Part shown: positions 55,118 to 62,988 of the stretch, piece after piece
Numbering within the stretch: position 1 is the first letter of the stretch
Layout of the letters: each line of letters begins with the position of its first letter
Virus record (IMG/VR): IMGVR_UViG_3300009347_000009
Span: 511 to 64,510 of that record
Length of the DNA: 64,000 nt
Strand: one strand, 5' to 3'
Origin: a virus
The notes under the pieces: generated by a model
The model's database searches: none
What the model saw: only the letters and a program-made list of their open reading frames with translations
What the model was told of the DNA's origin: nothing
Translations under genes and position numbers: made by a program

Positions 55118-55539
55118 AACTCTATGATGACCTCGGTGCCGCCCAGCTGGCAGCCGAAAGTGCCGTGTTCCACAACCTCGCGCCGATGCTGCAGAGCGCG
55201 GTGTTCGGCACCGCGGACGCCAACAGCGCCGAATACAACGGCGGCAGCTGGGCGTTCGTGACCAACGACGAGGGCACCCTCGGCTTCTGGTACCCGCTCG
55301 ATCAGCCAACCTACCCGGTCAGCTGCCAGAACTACTACGAAGACCCGGCCATGCCGGCCAAGAGCTTCGGCGCCGCCTGCACGCTGGTGGCCCTGAACGG
55401 CTTGCTCTGGAACATCCACGCCACAGGGCAGAACGTCAGCGGCCTGTCGGACCTGTTCCACGCCCTGCGCAACTGGATCTTCGACCTCGGCGAGCAGGGC
55501 CAGCTGGACACCGCCGCCGTCGCTGGGTTCATCGACTGA
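55114..55539 (+). CDS. Antirestriction protein, ArdB/KlcA family
   Basis: YNGGSWAF, GFWYP, NYY...M.A..FG..CTL, FHALRNW, C-terminal FID. Confidence 0.8.
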   Translation: MKLYDDLGAAQLAAESAVFHNLAPMLQSAVFGTADANSAEYNGGSWAFVTNDEGTLGFWYPLDQPTYPVSCQNYYEDPAMPAKSFGAACTLVALNGLLWNIHATGQNVSGLSDLFHALRNWIFDLGEQGQLDTAAVAGFID

Positions 55540-55658
55540 TGGACCCCTACGACCGCGACCAGATGCTGCTGGAGCGCCACCTGCACCGCCAGCATCTGGC
55601 CCGGGCCTGTGACCCGGGATACACCGAACCCTACGAACAACCAACCGAGGAGCCTGAC

Positions 55659-56201
55659 ATGGGCATCACCAACTACATCGACCTGGCCATGCGCACCAAC
55701 AGCACCGTGACCGGGATGAACCGCGCCGTGTCACCCGACCTGTTGCACGCGACACTGGGTATCGTCAGCGAGAACTACGAATACGACATGGCCAAGTCGT
55801 GGCTCAACGCCGTGGAAGAACTGGGCGACCTGTGCTGGTTCATGGCGCTGGCCGGTCAGGACTTGGCCTACGACCCGTTCGACGGCTGGGAGGACTACAT
55901 CGACCTGAACCCGGACGCCCCGCTGCTCAAAGAAGCCGTGGCCGAGTTCGTCGATCAAGTCAAAGCGGCCTACGCCTACGGCAAGCTGCTGGACATCCCA
56001 CGCCTGCGCTTCCTGCTGTCCACCATGGCCGGACGCACCGCCAAGATCATCGCGTCCAAGTCCGAGCGCACGCCTGACGAAATCCTGATGGCCAACATCG
56101 CCAAGCTGCAGAAGCGCTTCCCTGAGAAGTTCACCACCGAAGCCGCCCTCAACCGCGACATCAAGCAGGAGGCGGGCGCCATGCGCGCCACGTTGCACTG
56201 A
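55659..56201 (+). CDS. MazG-like NTP pyrophosphohydrolase
   Basis: LHATLGIVSE, EELGDLCWF, NIAKLQKRFPEKF; GAGGAG SD (in-frame upstream ATG at 55539). Confidence 0.75.
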   Translation: MGITNYIDLAMRTNSTVTGMNRAVSPDLLHATLGIVSENYEYDMAKSWLNAVEELGDLCWFMALAGQDLAYDPFDGWEDYIDLNPDAPLLKEAVAEFVDQVKAAYAYGKLLDIPRLRFLLSTMAGRTAKIIASKSERTPDEILMANIAKLQKRFPEKFTTEAALNRDIKQEAGAMRATLH

Positions 56202-57664
56202 TGGACACCCTCTACATCAACCGGGACGGGGTGGCACTGCCCTCCCCTGGCACTCTGCTGTCTGCCAGTATCAGCAGGGCTCATATCCGCCCGGCCTATG
56301 ACCATCAGGTGGCCAACACCGCGTTCAAGGTGGCCAACAAGCGGGTGATCGACGCCAGCGACCCGGGCACCGGCAAGAGCCGCGCGACACTGGACGCCTT
56401 TGCCCAGCTCAAGGAAGCCGACGAGGTGGACAAGATGCTGGTGTTCGCCCCGCTGTCGATCCTGCGCCCGAGCTGGGCGGCCGACTGCCGCGAGTTCACG
56501 CCGCACCTGACCTGCTCCGTGGTGACCGCCAAAGAGAAGCTCAAGGCGCTGCCGCCGGCGGTGCAGGCCGACATCTACGTGATCAACCACGACGCCATCA
56601 ACTGGCTGCTCAAGCAGTGGAAGCCCGCACCGGGCGAACGCTGGGTGCTGGTGATCGACGAGGTGCCGGCGTTCAAGCACCGAACCAGCCAGCGCAGCAA
56701 GGCCATGGCCCAATTCCGCCACCCGTTCGACTGGCGCTGGTTCCTGTCCGGCACGCTGAACAGCAACGGCGTGCTCGATATGTGGCACCCGCTGTTCCTC
56801 TGTGATGACGGCGCACGGCTGGGCAAGCAGTTCTGGGGCTACCGCGCCCAGGTTTGCACGCCCGAAGCAACCGGCCCGGGCGGCCAGTACACCCAGTGGG
56901 TGGAGAAGCCACACGCCCGCCAGATCGTGGCCGACCGGATCAAGGACATCATGTTCCGGGTCAAGTTCGAGGACTGCCTCGACGTGCCGGAAAACGTCCG
57001 CCGCTACATGGAGGTCGACCTGCCGCCCAAGCTGCTGGCCCAGTACCGCCAGTTGCAGCGCGAGGCCGCCCTGGAACACGAGTCGGGCGCCCTGATCACC
57101 GCGATCCACGCCGGCGCCAAGGCGCAGAAGCTCCTGCAGCTGTGCGCCGGGGCTCTGTACGACGGTGAAGGCGGCTACAAGGTGTTCGACACCAGCCGCA
57201 CCGACCTGGCTCTCGATCTGATCGAAGCCCGGGACGCCTGTATCTGTGCCTTCCTCTGGAAGCACCAACGCGACCTTCTCGTCGAGGGCGCCACCAAACG
57301 CGGCCTGCGCTTTGGCGTCATCGACGGTGAAACCCCTCTCAAGGAACGGGAGGTACTGGTAGCCCGCTACCAGATGGGCGATCTGGATGTGATCTTCGCC
57401 CACCCGCAAAGCGCCGCGCACGGCCTGACCCTGACCCGTGGTACCGCCACGATCTGGCCAAGCCCGACACGCAACGCTGAATGGTTCCAGCAGTTCAACC
57501 GGCGGATCTACCGCGCCGGCCAGACCCAACGAACCGAAACCATCTGCATCGCTGCCGCCGACACCCGTGAAATCGACGTTTACGAGGCGCTCGACGACAA
57601 GCTGCTGCGCATGGATGAACTCAACTCCCTTCTGATTGGCCTAACGGCCCGCACCCTTCATTAA
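56201..57664 (+). CDS. SNF2-like SF2 helicase
   Basis: DPGTGKS, VIDE, LSGT, AHGLTL, QFNRRIYRAGQ. Confidence 0.9.
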   Translation: MDTLYINRDGVALPSPGTLLSASISRAHIRPAYDHQVANTAFKVANKRVIDASDPGTGKSRATLDAFAQLKEADEVDKMLVFAPLSILRPSWAADCREFTPHLTCSVVTAKEKLKALPPAVQADIYVINHDAINWLLKQWKPAPGERWVLVIDEVPAFKHRTSQRSKAMAQFRHPFDWRWFLSGTLNSNGVLDMWHPLFLCDDGARLGKQFWGYRAQVCTPEATGPGGQYTQWVEKPHARQIVADRIKDIMFRVKFEDCLDVPENVRRYMEVDLPPKLLAQYRQLQREAALEHESGALITAIHAGAKAQKLLQLCAGALYDGEGGYKVFDTSRTDLALDLIEARDACICAFLWKHQRDLLVEGATKRGLRFGVIDGETPLKEREVLVARYQMGDLDVIFAHPQSAAHGLTLTRGTATIWPSPTRNAEWFQQFNRRIYRAGQTQRTETICIAAADTREIDVYEALDDKLLRMDELNSLLIGLTARTLH

Positions 57665-57679
57665 CAGGAAACCGACACC

Positions 57680-58051
57680 ATGACCGACATGACCCTGAAC
57701 ACCACCGACGCTACCGAAGTTGCTGCCACCGAAGTGCTCGCCACCCCGATCGACAAGTTCCTCGCCGGTGCCAAGGCACTGCACAAGGCCTTCGCCAAGA
57801 TCGCCAGCGGAGAAGACGCCCTGACCGACCAACGCATCATCGTGCAGCAGCTGCGCGAGGACGTGACCGCCGCGCTGAACGGCACCGGCAACTTCGACGA
57901 GGCCAGCAAGGCCTTCAAGCAGGGCAACAACAAGCTGGACAAGATGCTCGACGCCAACACCGCCACGCTGAACAGCGCCCTGGTCGGCGTCAACGCCTTG
58001 CGCTTCGCGCTGGACGACCTTGAAGACGACCTGCGCTCGATGGAGGTGTGA
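57680..58051 (+). CDS. Hypothetical coiled-coil protein
   Basis: AGGA SD, 123 aa. Confidence 0.65.
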   Translation: MTDMTLNTTDATEVAATEVLATPIDKFLAGAKALHKAFAKIASGEDALTDQRIIVQQLREDVTAALNGTGNFDEASKAFKQGNNKLDKMLDANTATLNSALVGVNALRFALDDLEDDLRSMEV

Positions 58052-58052
58052 A

Positions 58053-58457
58053 ATGACCGCACTCGCCACCGTTATCCCCGCCGAAGTCACGCTGGCCGAT
58101 CTGGCCCTGCTGCGTGACGACCTGCGCACGCAAAAGAAGGCGCTGGAAGATCAGGTCAAAGACCTGGAGGAACAGCTCAAGGCCAACGAAGCCCAGATCA
58201 TCGAGCAGCTGGACGCCCAAGGCGTGACCCGCTCCGGTGTCGGCCCGTACTCGATGTCGATCAGCGAAAGCACGGTCGGCAACGTCACGGACTGGGATCA
58301 GGTGTACCAGTACATCAGCGCCAACGACGCTTTCCACCTGATCCAGCGCCGCTTGGCAAACGCCGCGTATGCCGAGCTGCTCGACATGGGCGAAGCGCTC
58401 CCGGGCGTCGAACCGTTCACCAAGCGCAGCCTGAATTTCCGCAAAAGCAGCAAGTGA
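58053..58457 (+). CDS. Conserved phage replication-module protein
   Basis: VTDWDQVYQYI...LIQRR...LPGV. Confidence 0.7.
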   Translation: MTALATVIPAEVTLADLALLRDDLRTQKKALEDQVKDLEEQLKANEAQIIEQLDAQGVTRSGVGPYSMSISESTVGNVTDWDQVYQYISANDAFHLIQRRLANAAYAELLDMGEALPGVEPFTKRSLNFRKSSK

Positions 58458-58460
58458 CGC

Positions 58461-58488
58461 TTGCGATTATCAGCACTGCTGATACACT
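58461..58488 (+). promoter_or_regulatory. Sigma70-like promoter overlapped by perfect operator
   Basis: TTGCGA-N16-TACACT; operator 58468-58484. Confidence 0.6.
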
Positions 58489-58549
58489 CAATTTCGCCCC
58501 CGCCGCCGGGGGCTAACTGCCCGAAAGGGCCTTTCTGGAGAAAGCCACA

Positions 58550-59275
58550 ATGGCCAAGACCGACGTTGCAACTGCCCCACAAGTAAAATCCGTAGCCGGC
58601 TTCATGGCTGGCGATCAGCTCCCCGATCACCTGCGTAACGGCACCGGTGCCGGTAACGAGAACGTGTCGTCCAACGACATGACCGTGCCGCGACTGGACG
58701 TCCTGCAGCAGCTCTCCCCGCAGCTCGACCCGACCAACCCGAAGTACATCGAAGGCGCCAAGCTCGGCCAGCTGTTCGACAGTCTCTCGGGTGACCTCTA
58801 CGACCACGTGTGGGTCGTCAACCTGCAGTACGAAGTGCGCTACCAGATTTTCAAGAAGCGCGACTTCGGCGGCGGTTTCGAGGGCAGCTTCGACTCCGAA
58901 GCGGAAGCACTGGCCCACCTGGACAGCAACAACCTCACCCGCGCTCAGTACGACGTGGTCGAGACTGCCATCCACAAGTGCCTGATGCTGGACGAGAACG
59001 GCCTGCCGAAGCAGCCGGTGCTGATCTACATGAGCGGCTCGAAAGCCAAGGTGAGCAAGGAGTGGAACTCCAGCATCCTGCTGAAAGATCCGCGCGCTGA
59101 CCGCTTCGCCTCGGTCTGGACCCTGACCGCCAAGGCTGAGAAAAACAAGAAGGGCCAGTCCTACTTCAACTTCGGCGTCGACTTCGCCGGTTGGGCGGGT
59201 GCTGAGCTCTACGAAGAAGCCAAGAAGGCCTATCTGGGTCTGGTTGGCGCGCCTGCTGGCGAAACCGTCCACTAA
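58550..59275 (+). CDS. Putative ssDNA-binding protein
   Basis: GNENV..DM.VPRL.VLQQLSPQ...YIEGAK.G; high-expression codon bias. Confidence 0.6.
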   Translation: MAKTDVATAPQVKSVAGFMAGDQLPDHLRNGTGAGNENVSSNDMTVPRLDVLQQLSPQLDPTNPKYIEGAKLGQLFDSLSGDLYDHVWVVNLQYEVRYQIFKKRDFGGGFEGSFDSEAEALAHLDSNNLTRAQYDVVETAIHKCLMLDENGLPKQPVLIYMSGSKAKVSKEWNSSILLKDPRADRFASVWTLTAKAEKNKKGQSYFNFGVDFAGWAGAELYEEAKKAYLGLVGAPAGETVH

Positions 59276-59338
59276 GACGGCCCTCGCCCCGGATGGAGCC
59301 GGGGCATTTCTTCCCCCGCGCCGTGCCTGCTCGGCATG

Positions 59339-59559
59339 CTGCGGTGTTAGCGCCGGTGACTACCTTCCACCGGCAAGTCAGGGCTGCAACCCGAGGCTAA
59401 AGCGCACCGCAGTTTGAGTAAACAGGAAGCCAGGGCACCTTCATCGGCCCCATAACGGAGTACCCCCTCGCCGTGGCGACAGGAGGGGGCATTGGCCAGG
59501 GTTCCGGGTCCATCAACTGAGAGTTGTGCGACGCGAGTAACCGGAATCCTGACCAATGC
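59339..59559 (+). ncRNA. Candidate structured non-coding RNA region
   Basis: Multibranch fold 59339-59412 and 19-bp stem 59489-59507/59541-59559; strand not certain. Confidence 0.45.
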
Positions 59560-59645
59560 GTTCATTCCATCGACAAGTTGTTACATATACCGCACAGATG
59601 TTGCGGATTTGTTACGAATGGTGGCACTCTAATGGCGCCAGCAAC

Positions 59646-60050
59646 ATGACCGAGCACAGCTACGTCCGCAATCTGCACAGCAGGCTAAAGCGCAGCGCCC
59701 CCGACATCTACATCTGGAAAATCAACGACCCCTACCAAGGGGGCGTTGCTGACGCCTACTACTCGCAGGTGTCCGATCTGTGGATAGAGTACAAGTACGT
59801 CAAATCCCTGCCGAAGCGTTCAAGCACGGTGGTTGATCTGGGACTGTCCCCGCTACAGCGGAAATGGCTTTCAGATCGGCACCGAGAGGGCCGCAGGGTG
59901 TGTGTCGTTGTAGGAAGCCCCGCGGGCTCCCTGATTCTCCCGGGTATCGACTGGGACCGAAGTATCACTACCGCTGATTTTATCAGCAGCGCAGTTGATA
60001 ATTCGGAAGTAGCGGCCTATATTCAGGCTCAAGTCACGCAACGCACGTGA
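59646..60050 (+). CDS. VRR-NUC / Holliday junction resolvase-like nuclease
   Basis: GVADAYY, LWIEYK, LSPLQRKW. Confidence 0.75.
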   Translation: MTEHSYVRNLHSRLKRSAPDIYIWKINDPYQGGVADAYYSQVSDLWIEYKYVKSLPKRSSTVVDLGLSPLQRKWLSDRHREGRRVCVVVGSPAGSLILPGIDWDRSITTADFISSAVDNSEVAAYIQAQVTQRT

Positions 60051-60081
60051 CATTCCCGCCAGAACTCCCAGGAGGGGCAGT

Positions 60082-60768
60082 ATGAGTAACCGAGTCATCA
60101 CTGAACAAGATCGCGCCAACGCCCAACGCCTCAAGGCGATATGGGCTCGCAAGAAGCGCGAACTCGGCCTCACCCAAGTGCAACTCGCTGAGCGACTGGG
60201 CTACAACAGCCAGTCAATGATCAGCCAGCTGCTCAACGCCCGCGTGGCGCTCAATACCGACGCAGTTCTCCGCTTGGCTCAAGTGCTGAAAGTGGCGCCC
60301 GGAGAAATCGACCCCGACTTAACCAGTCTGACGATTTCCCCGAGCAAGCTGCGGCACGTAAAGGCGCCAGTGATTGCCCGCATGTCGGGAGAGGCGCCTA
60401 GCCCCTTCGAAACTGTGGAGATTGCAACGACTATGACAAGGCAAGTTTATGGAGTGTCGGTGGACCAGGATGGGTTCGCACCCTTTGCAAAGAAAGGGAG
60501 CACCTTGATCTTGAGCCAGGAGGAAGAACCTGTCTCGGGTGACGAGGTATTCATCCGCCTCCACACTGACGCTGGAGTCCTTCACTTGCTCAAACGCTAT
60601 GTGATGACTGATCACGCAAGTGGTTTCGCCGTGGTCCGGGGCTTGTTCGACGATGCGACAGAGGAGCTGCCGCTGGATCGGATCGAAGTCATGGACCCGG
60701 TGGTGAGTGTCGAACGGCCCGTGGTCAATCGCCCCGTGCGATTGCACCCGAACCGCTCGGCCTCTTGA
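60082..60768 (+). CDS. CI-like repressor (XRE HTH plus S24-like C-terminal domain)
   Basis: RLKAIW..KKRELGLTQVQLAERLGYNSQSMISQLLN; AGGAGG SD. Confidence 0.85.
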   Translation: MSNRVITEQDRANAQRLKAIWARKKRELGLTQVQLAERLGYNSQSMISQLLNARVALNTDAVLRLAQVLKVAPGEIDPDLTSLTISPSKLRHVKAPVIARMSGEAPSPFETVEIATTMTRQVYGVSVDQDGFAPFAKKGSTLILSQEEEPVSGDEVFIRLHTDAGVLHLLKRYVMTDHASGFAVVRGLFDDATEELPLDRIEVMDPVVSVERPVVNRPVRLHPNRSAS

Positions 60769-60774
60769 TGTACT

Positions 60775-60803
60775 GGCCCGGGCAACCCCCGGGCCTTCTT
60801 TTT
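60775..60803 (+). terminator. Intrinsic terminator after repressor
   Basis: GGCCCGGG-CAACC-CCCGGGCC-TTCTTTTT. Confidence 0.8.
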
Positions 60804-60833
60804 GCCATCTACTATCAGCAGAGCTAATAAAAC

Positions 60834-61529
60834 ATGGAAATCGAAACCCCGGAGCTCCTCTCCCCATCCCTCCGCATGGTCAGCTGTACCCAGCCTACCG
60901 AGGAGATGGCCCTCTGTGGCATCGAAGCGCCAATCGACCTGATTGCCTTCTGCGCCCGAGTGTCCAACCCGGAGAACCAGACCAACAGCGAAACCGCCGC
61001 CAAGCTCCTGCGCTATCTGATGCGCAACCAGCACTGGTCGCCGCTGGAAATGGTCGACGTAACCTTCGAAATCGTCACCGCCCGGGACATCGGCCGGCAG
61101 ATCCTGCGCCACAAGACCGCCGCCTTCCAAGAGTTCAGCCAACGCTACGCCGACGTGGCTGACGAGCAGCACTGCCTGCGCGAAGCCCGCATGGAGCACC
61201 CGACCAACCGCCAGAGCAGCCTGGAGTGCAACGATCCGGCCATCATCGACCAGTGGATTCAGCATCAGCTGGAAGTGCTCGAAGTCTCCCGCCGTGCCTA
61301 CAAATGGGCCCGCAGCGTGGGCATCGCCAAGGAGTGCGCCCGCGTCGTGCAGCCCGAAGGTCTGACCCTGTCGACCATGTACATGAAGGCCTCGATCCGC
61401 ACCTGGGTTCACTACCTGCAGCTGCGCGGCGGCAACGGCACCCAGAAAGAGCACATGCAGATCGCTCACGGCCTGTGCCAAGCCATCGCCCGCGTGTTCC
61501 CGATCGAGCTGGAGGTGGCCCATGCGTAA
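60834..61529 (+). CDS. thyX: FAD-dependent thymidylate synthase
   Basis: ARVSNP, HWSPLE, RQILRH.......FSQRY, TQKEH. Confidence 0.93.
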   Translation: MEIETPELLSPSLRMVSCTQPTEEMALCGIEAPIDLIAFCARVSNPENQTNSETAAKLLRYLMRNQHWSPLEMVDVTFEIVTARDIGRQILRHKTAAFQEFSQRYADVADEQHCLREARMEHPTNRQSSLECNDPAIIDQWIQHQLEVLEVSRRAYKWARSVGIAKECARVVQPEGLTLSTMYMKASIRTWVHYLQLRGGNGTQKEHMQIAHGLCQAIARVFPIELEVAHA

Positions 61530-61758
61530 GTGGCTCGCCGGATTGTTCAAGCGGAAGGCCGAAGTGGCCTGCGCCGAGTGCAAGGAGTGCCAGCGCCTGG
61601 CGCGCGAGCTGCGTGACATGAGCCTCAAGTTCCAGACCGCCGCAGGTGCCCAACGCGCTCAGCATCGCCGGCTGATGGCACTCAAGGCCGACATGCCGCA
61701 GATCCACGACGCCTACTTCACCCGCGCCGGTGAAATCCTGCGAGGTGCCAGCCAGTGA
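61522..61758 (+). CDS. Hypothetical protein
   Basis: 78 aa, CAECKEC, GGAGG SD. Confidence 0.6.
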   Translation: MRKWLAGLFKRKAEVACAECKECQRLARELRDMSLKFQTAAGAQRAQHRRLMALKADMPQIHDAYFTRAGEILRGASQ

Positions 61759-61922
61759 GCAGTTTCCTCGCCCAAGTCCGCCTGTTCTCGGGCGAGGAGT
61801 GCCCCCGCCGTTGCCGCCACAAGCACAAGCGGCATGGCACGGGGGTGTTCTTCTGCAGCGTCCGACTGATCCAGTGTGCCACCTGCAAGGGCTGGCAGAA
61901 AATGGAGGCGCCGATCGTATGA
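61755..61922 (+). CDS. Small Cys/His-rich protein (55 aa)
   Basis: GTGA/ATGA overlaps with neighbours; CATC. Confidence 0.45.
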   Translation: MSSFLAQVRLFSGEECPRRCRHKHKRHGTGVFFCSVRLIQCATCKGWQKMEAPIV

Positions 61923-62635
61923 CCTTTGATTCCCCTGAATGGCGCGCCAAGCGCGACGAGCTGCTCGGCGAGTGGCTCAACTACAACCTGCACGCCCGGG
62001 ACTTCCTGATCGACATTGGCCAGATCGCCGAGGTTTGGGACGACCTGATCGACCGCGACAAGCCAGTTGACGACGCCACCGTCAACGACCTGTTCGTGCG
62101 CCTGCTGTTCGATCTGCCGACCAACCCGTTCTATGCTCAGAACGCAGCCTACCTGCGCCCCCTGCTCATGGCCGGGGTCAATGCGTGGCTGGATTCAACG
62201 GTGCTGGAAAAGGAAGGCACACCCTGGGCTACCACCTGGGCGTATGCTCTGCGCGACTGGTACATGGAGCTCGTCCCGGCGTGCGCGTTTCTGATTGGCG
62301 GCTTCGAGCACATGCGCCGCGTGAGCCTCGAAGCCCGCCGCTTTTTCCAGGCCGAGACGCTGGAGGAGTACAAGCATGCCGCGCCGGTCGCATTTTCAAA
62401 GAAGCTGTGGCTGCAAGATGCTGCCGGCGTGCGCCTGGACAAAGTCGACACCGCCCCCGTTGCCGACGGGATGGTGATTCTGACTGTCCGTGCGGACAAG
62501 GACTTCGATCTGACATCCGCAAGCGTATGGACGGAAATCGACGGTCACCCCATCCGGCTCGTTACCCGCCTTGGGTGCAGTGCTCAGAAGCTGGCAGCCG
62601 GTGAAACGCTCAGACTTGATTTGAAGGTAGAGTGA
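61919..62635 (+). CDS. Hypothetical protein with DDxxD motif
   Basis: Start MTFDSPEW with GGAGG SD; VWDDLIDRD, LPTNPFY. Confidence 0.65.
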   Translation: MTFDSPEWRAKRDELLGEWLNYNLHARDFLIDIGQIAEVWDDLIDRDKPVDDATVNDLFVRLLFDLPTNPFYAQNAAYLRPLLMAGVNAWLDSTVLEKEGTPWATTWAYALRDWYMELVPACAFLIGGFEHMRRVSLEARRFFQAETLEEYKHAAPVAFSKKLWLQDAAGVRLDKVDTAPVADGMVILTVRADKDFDLTSASVWTEIDGHPIRLVTRLGCSAQKLAAGETLRLDLKVE

Positions 62636-62988
62636 TGGAACTGCAAACTGACGCCCGCCCTATCGTGGTTCGAGCGGCAATCGACAAGGTGCTGGAGGAA
62701 GAACTGGCCCGGTTGATCGGCACCACGGCACCTGCCCTGAAACGCAAACGCCAGCGGGGGATTATCCCCGCCGGCGTCTACGCTACAATCGACGGCCGAA
62801 TCATCTATAGCATCCGGCGGTACGACGAATGGGTAGAAAGCCAGTGGCCAAGTCAGACGGTGTCGAAATCGTCGGAGACAGCTTCCGCATCCGCTTCATG
62901 TGGAACGGCCGCCGGTGCTGTGAAACCCTCGCCTACCCGCAAACCCCGCAAGGTCGGCAAGCAGCAGCCAGTCTTCGTTCTACAGTAA
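62635..62988 (+). CDS. xis: Excisionase-like protein
   Basis: wHTH-like ELARLIGTT..AL..KRQRG...GRIIYSIRRYDEW; overlaps integrase 5' end. Confidence 0.65.
   Translation: MELQTDARPIVVRAAIDKVLEEELARLIGTTAPALKRKRQRGIIPAGVYATIDGRIIYSIRRYDEWVESQWPSQTVSKSSETASASASCGTAAGAVKPSPTRKPRKVGKQQPVFVLQ

Larger units (their letters stand above)
4558..60829. promoter_or_regulatory. Dispersed family of about 20 17-bp palindromic operators, consensus TATCAGCA-N-TGCTGATA
   Basis: Copies start at 4558, 9648, 17901, 23838, 27142, 31072, 35271, 35288, 36901, 38559, 38968, 39506, 41900, 45327 (perfect), 47915, 51582, 56269, 58468 (perfect), 59963, 59981 (partial), 60813; mostly at gene junctions. Confidence 0.85.

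Noticed and set aside
59339..59412. tRNA or retron msr-msd
   Set aside because: No TTCGA T-loop or canonical arms; no reverse transcriptase gene
4558..60829. 17-bp repeats as a CRISPR array
   Set aside because: Dispersed and degenerate, no regular spacers, no cas operon
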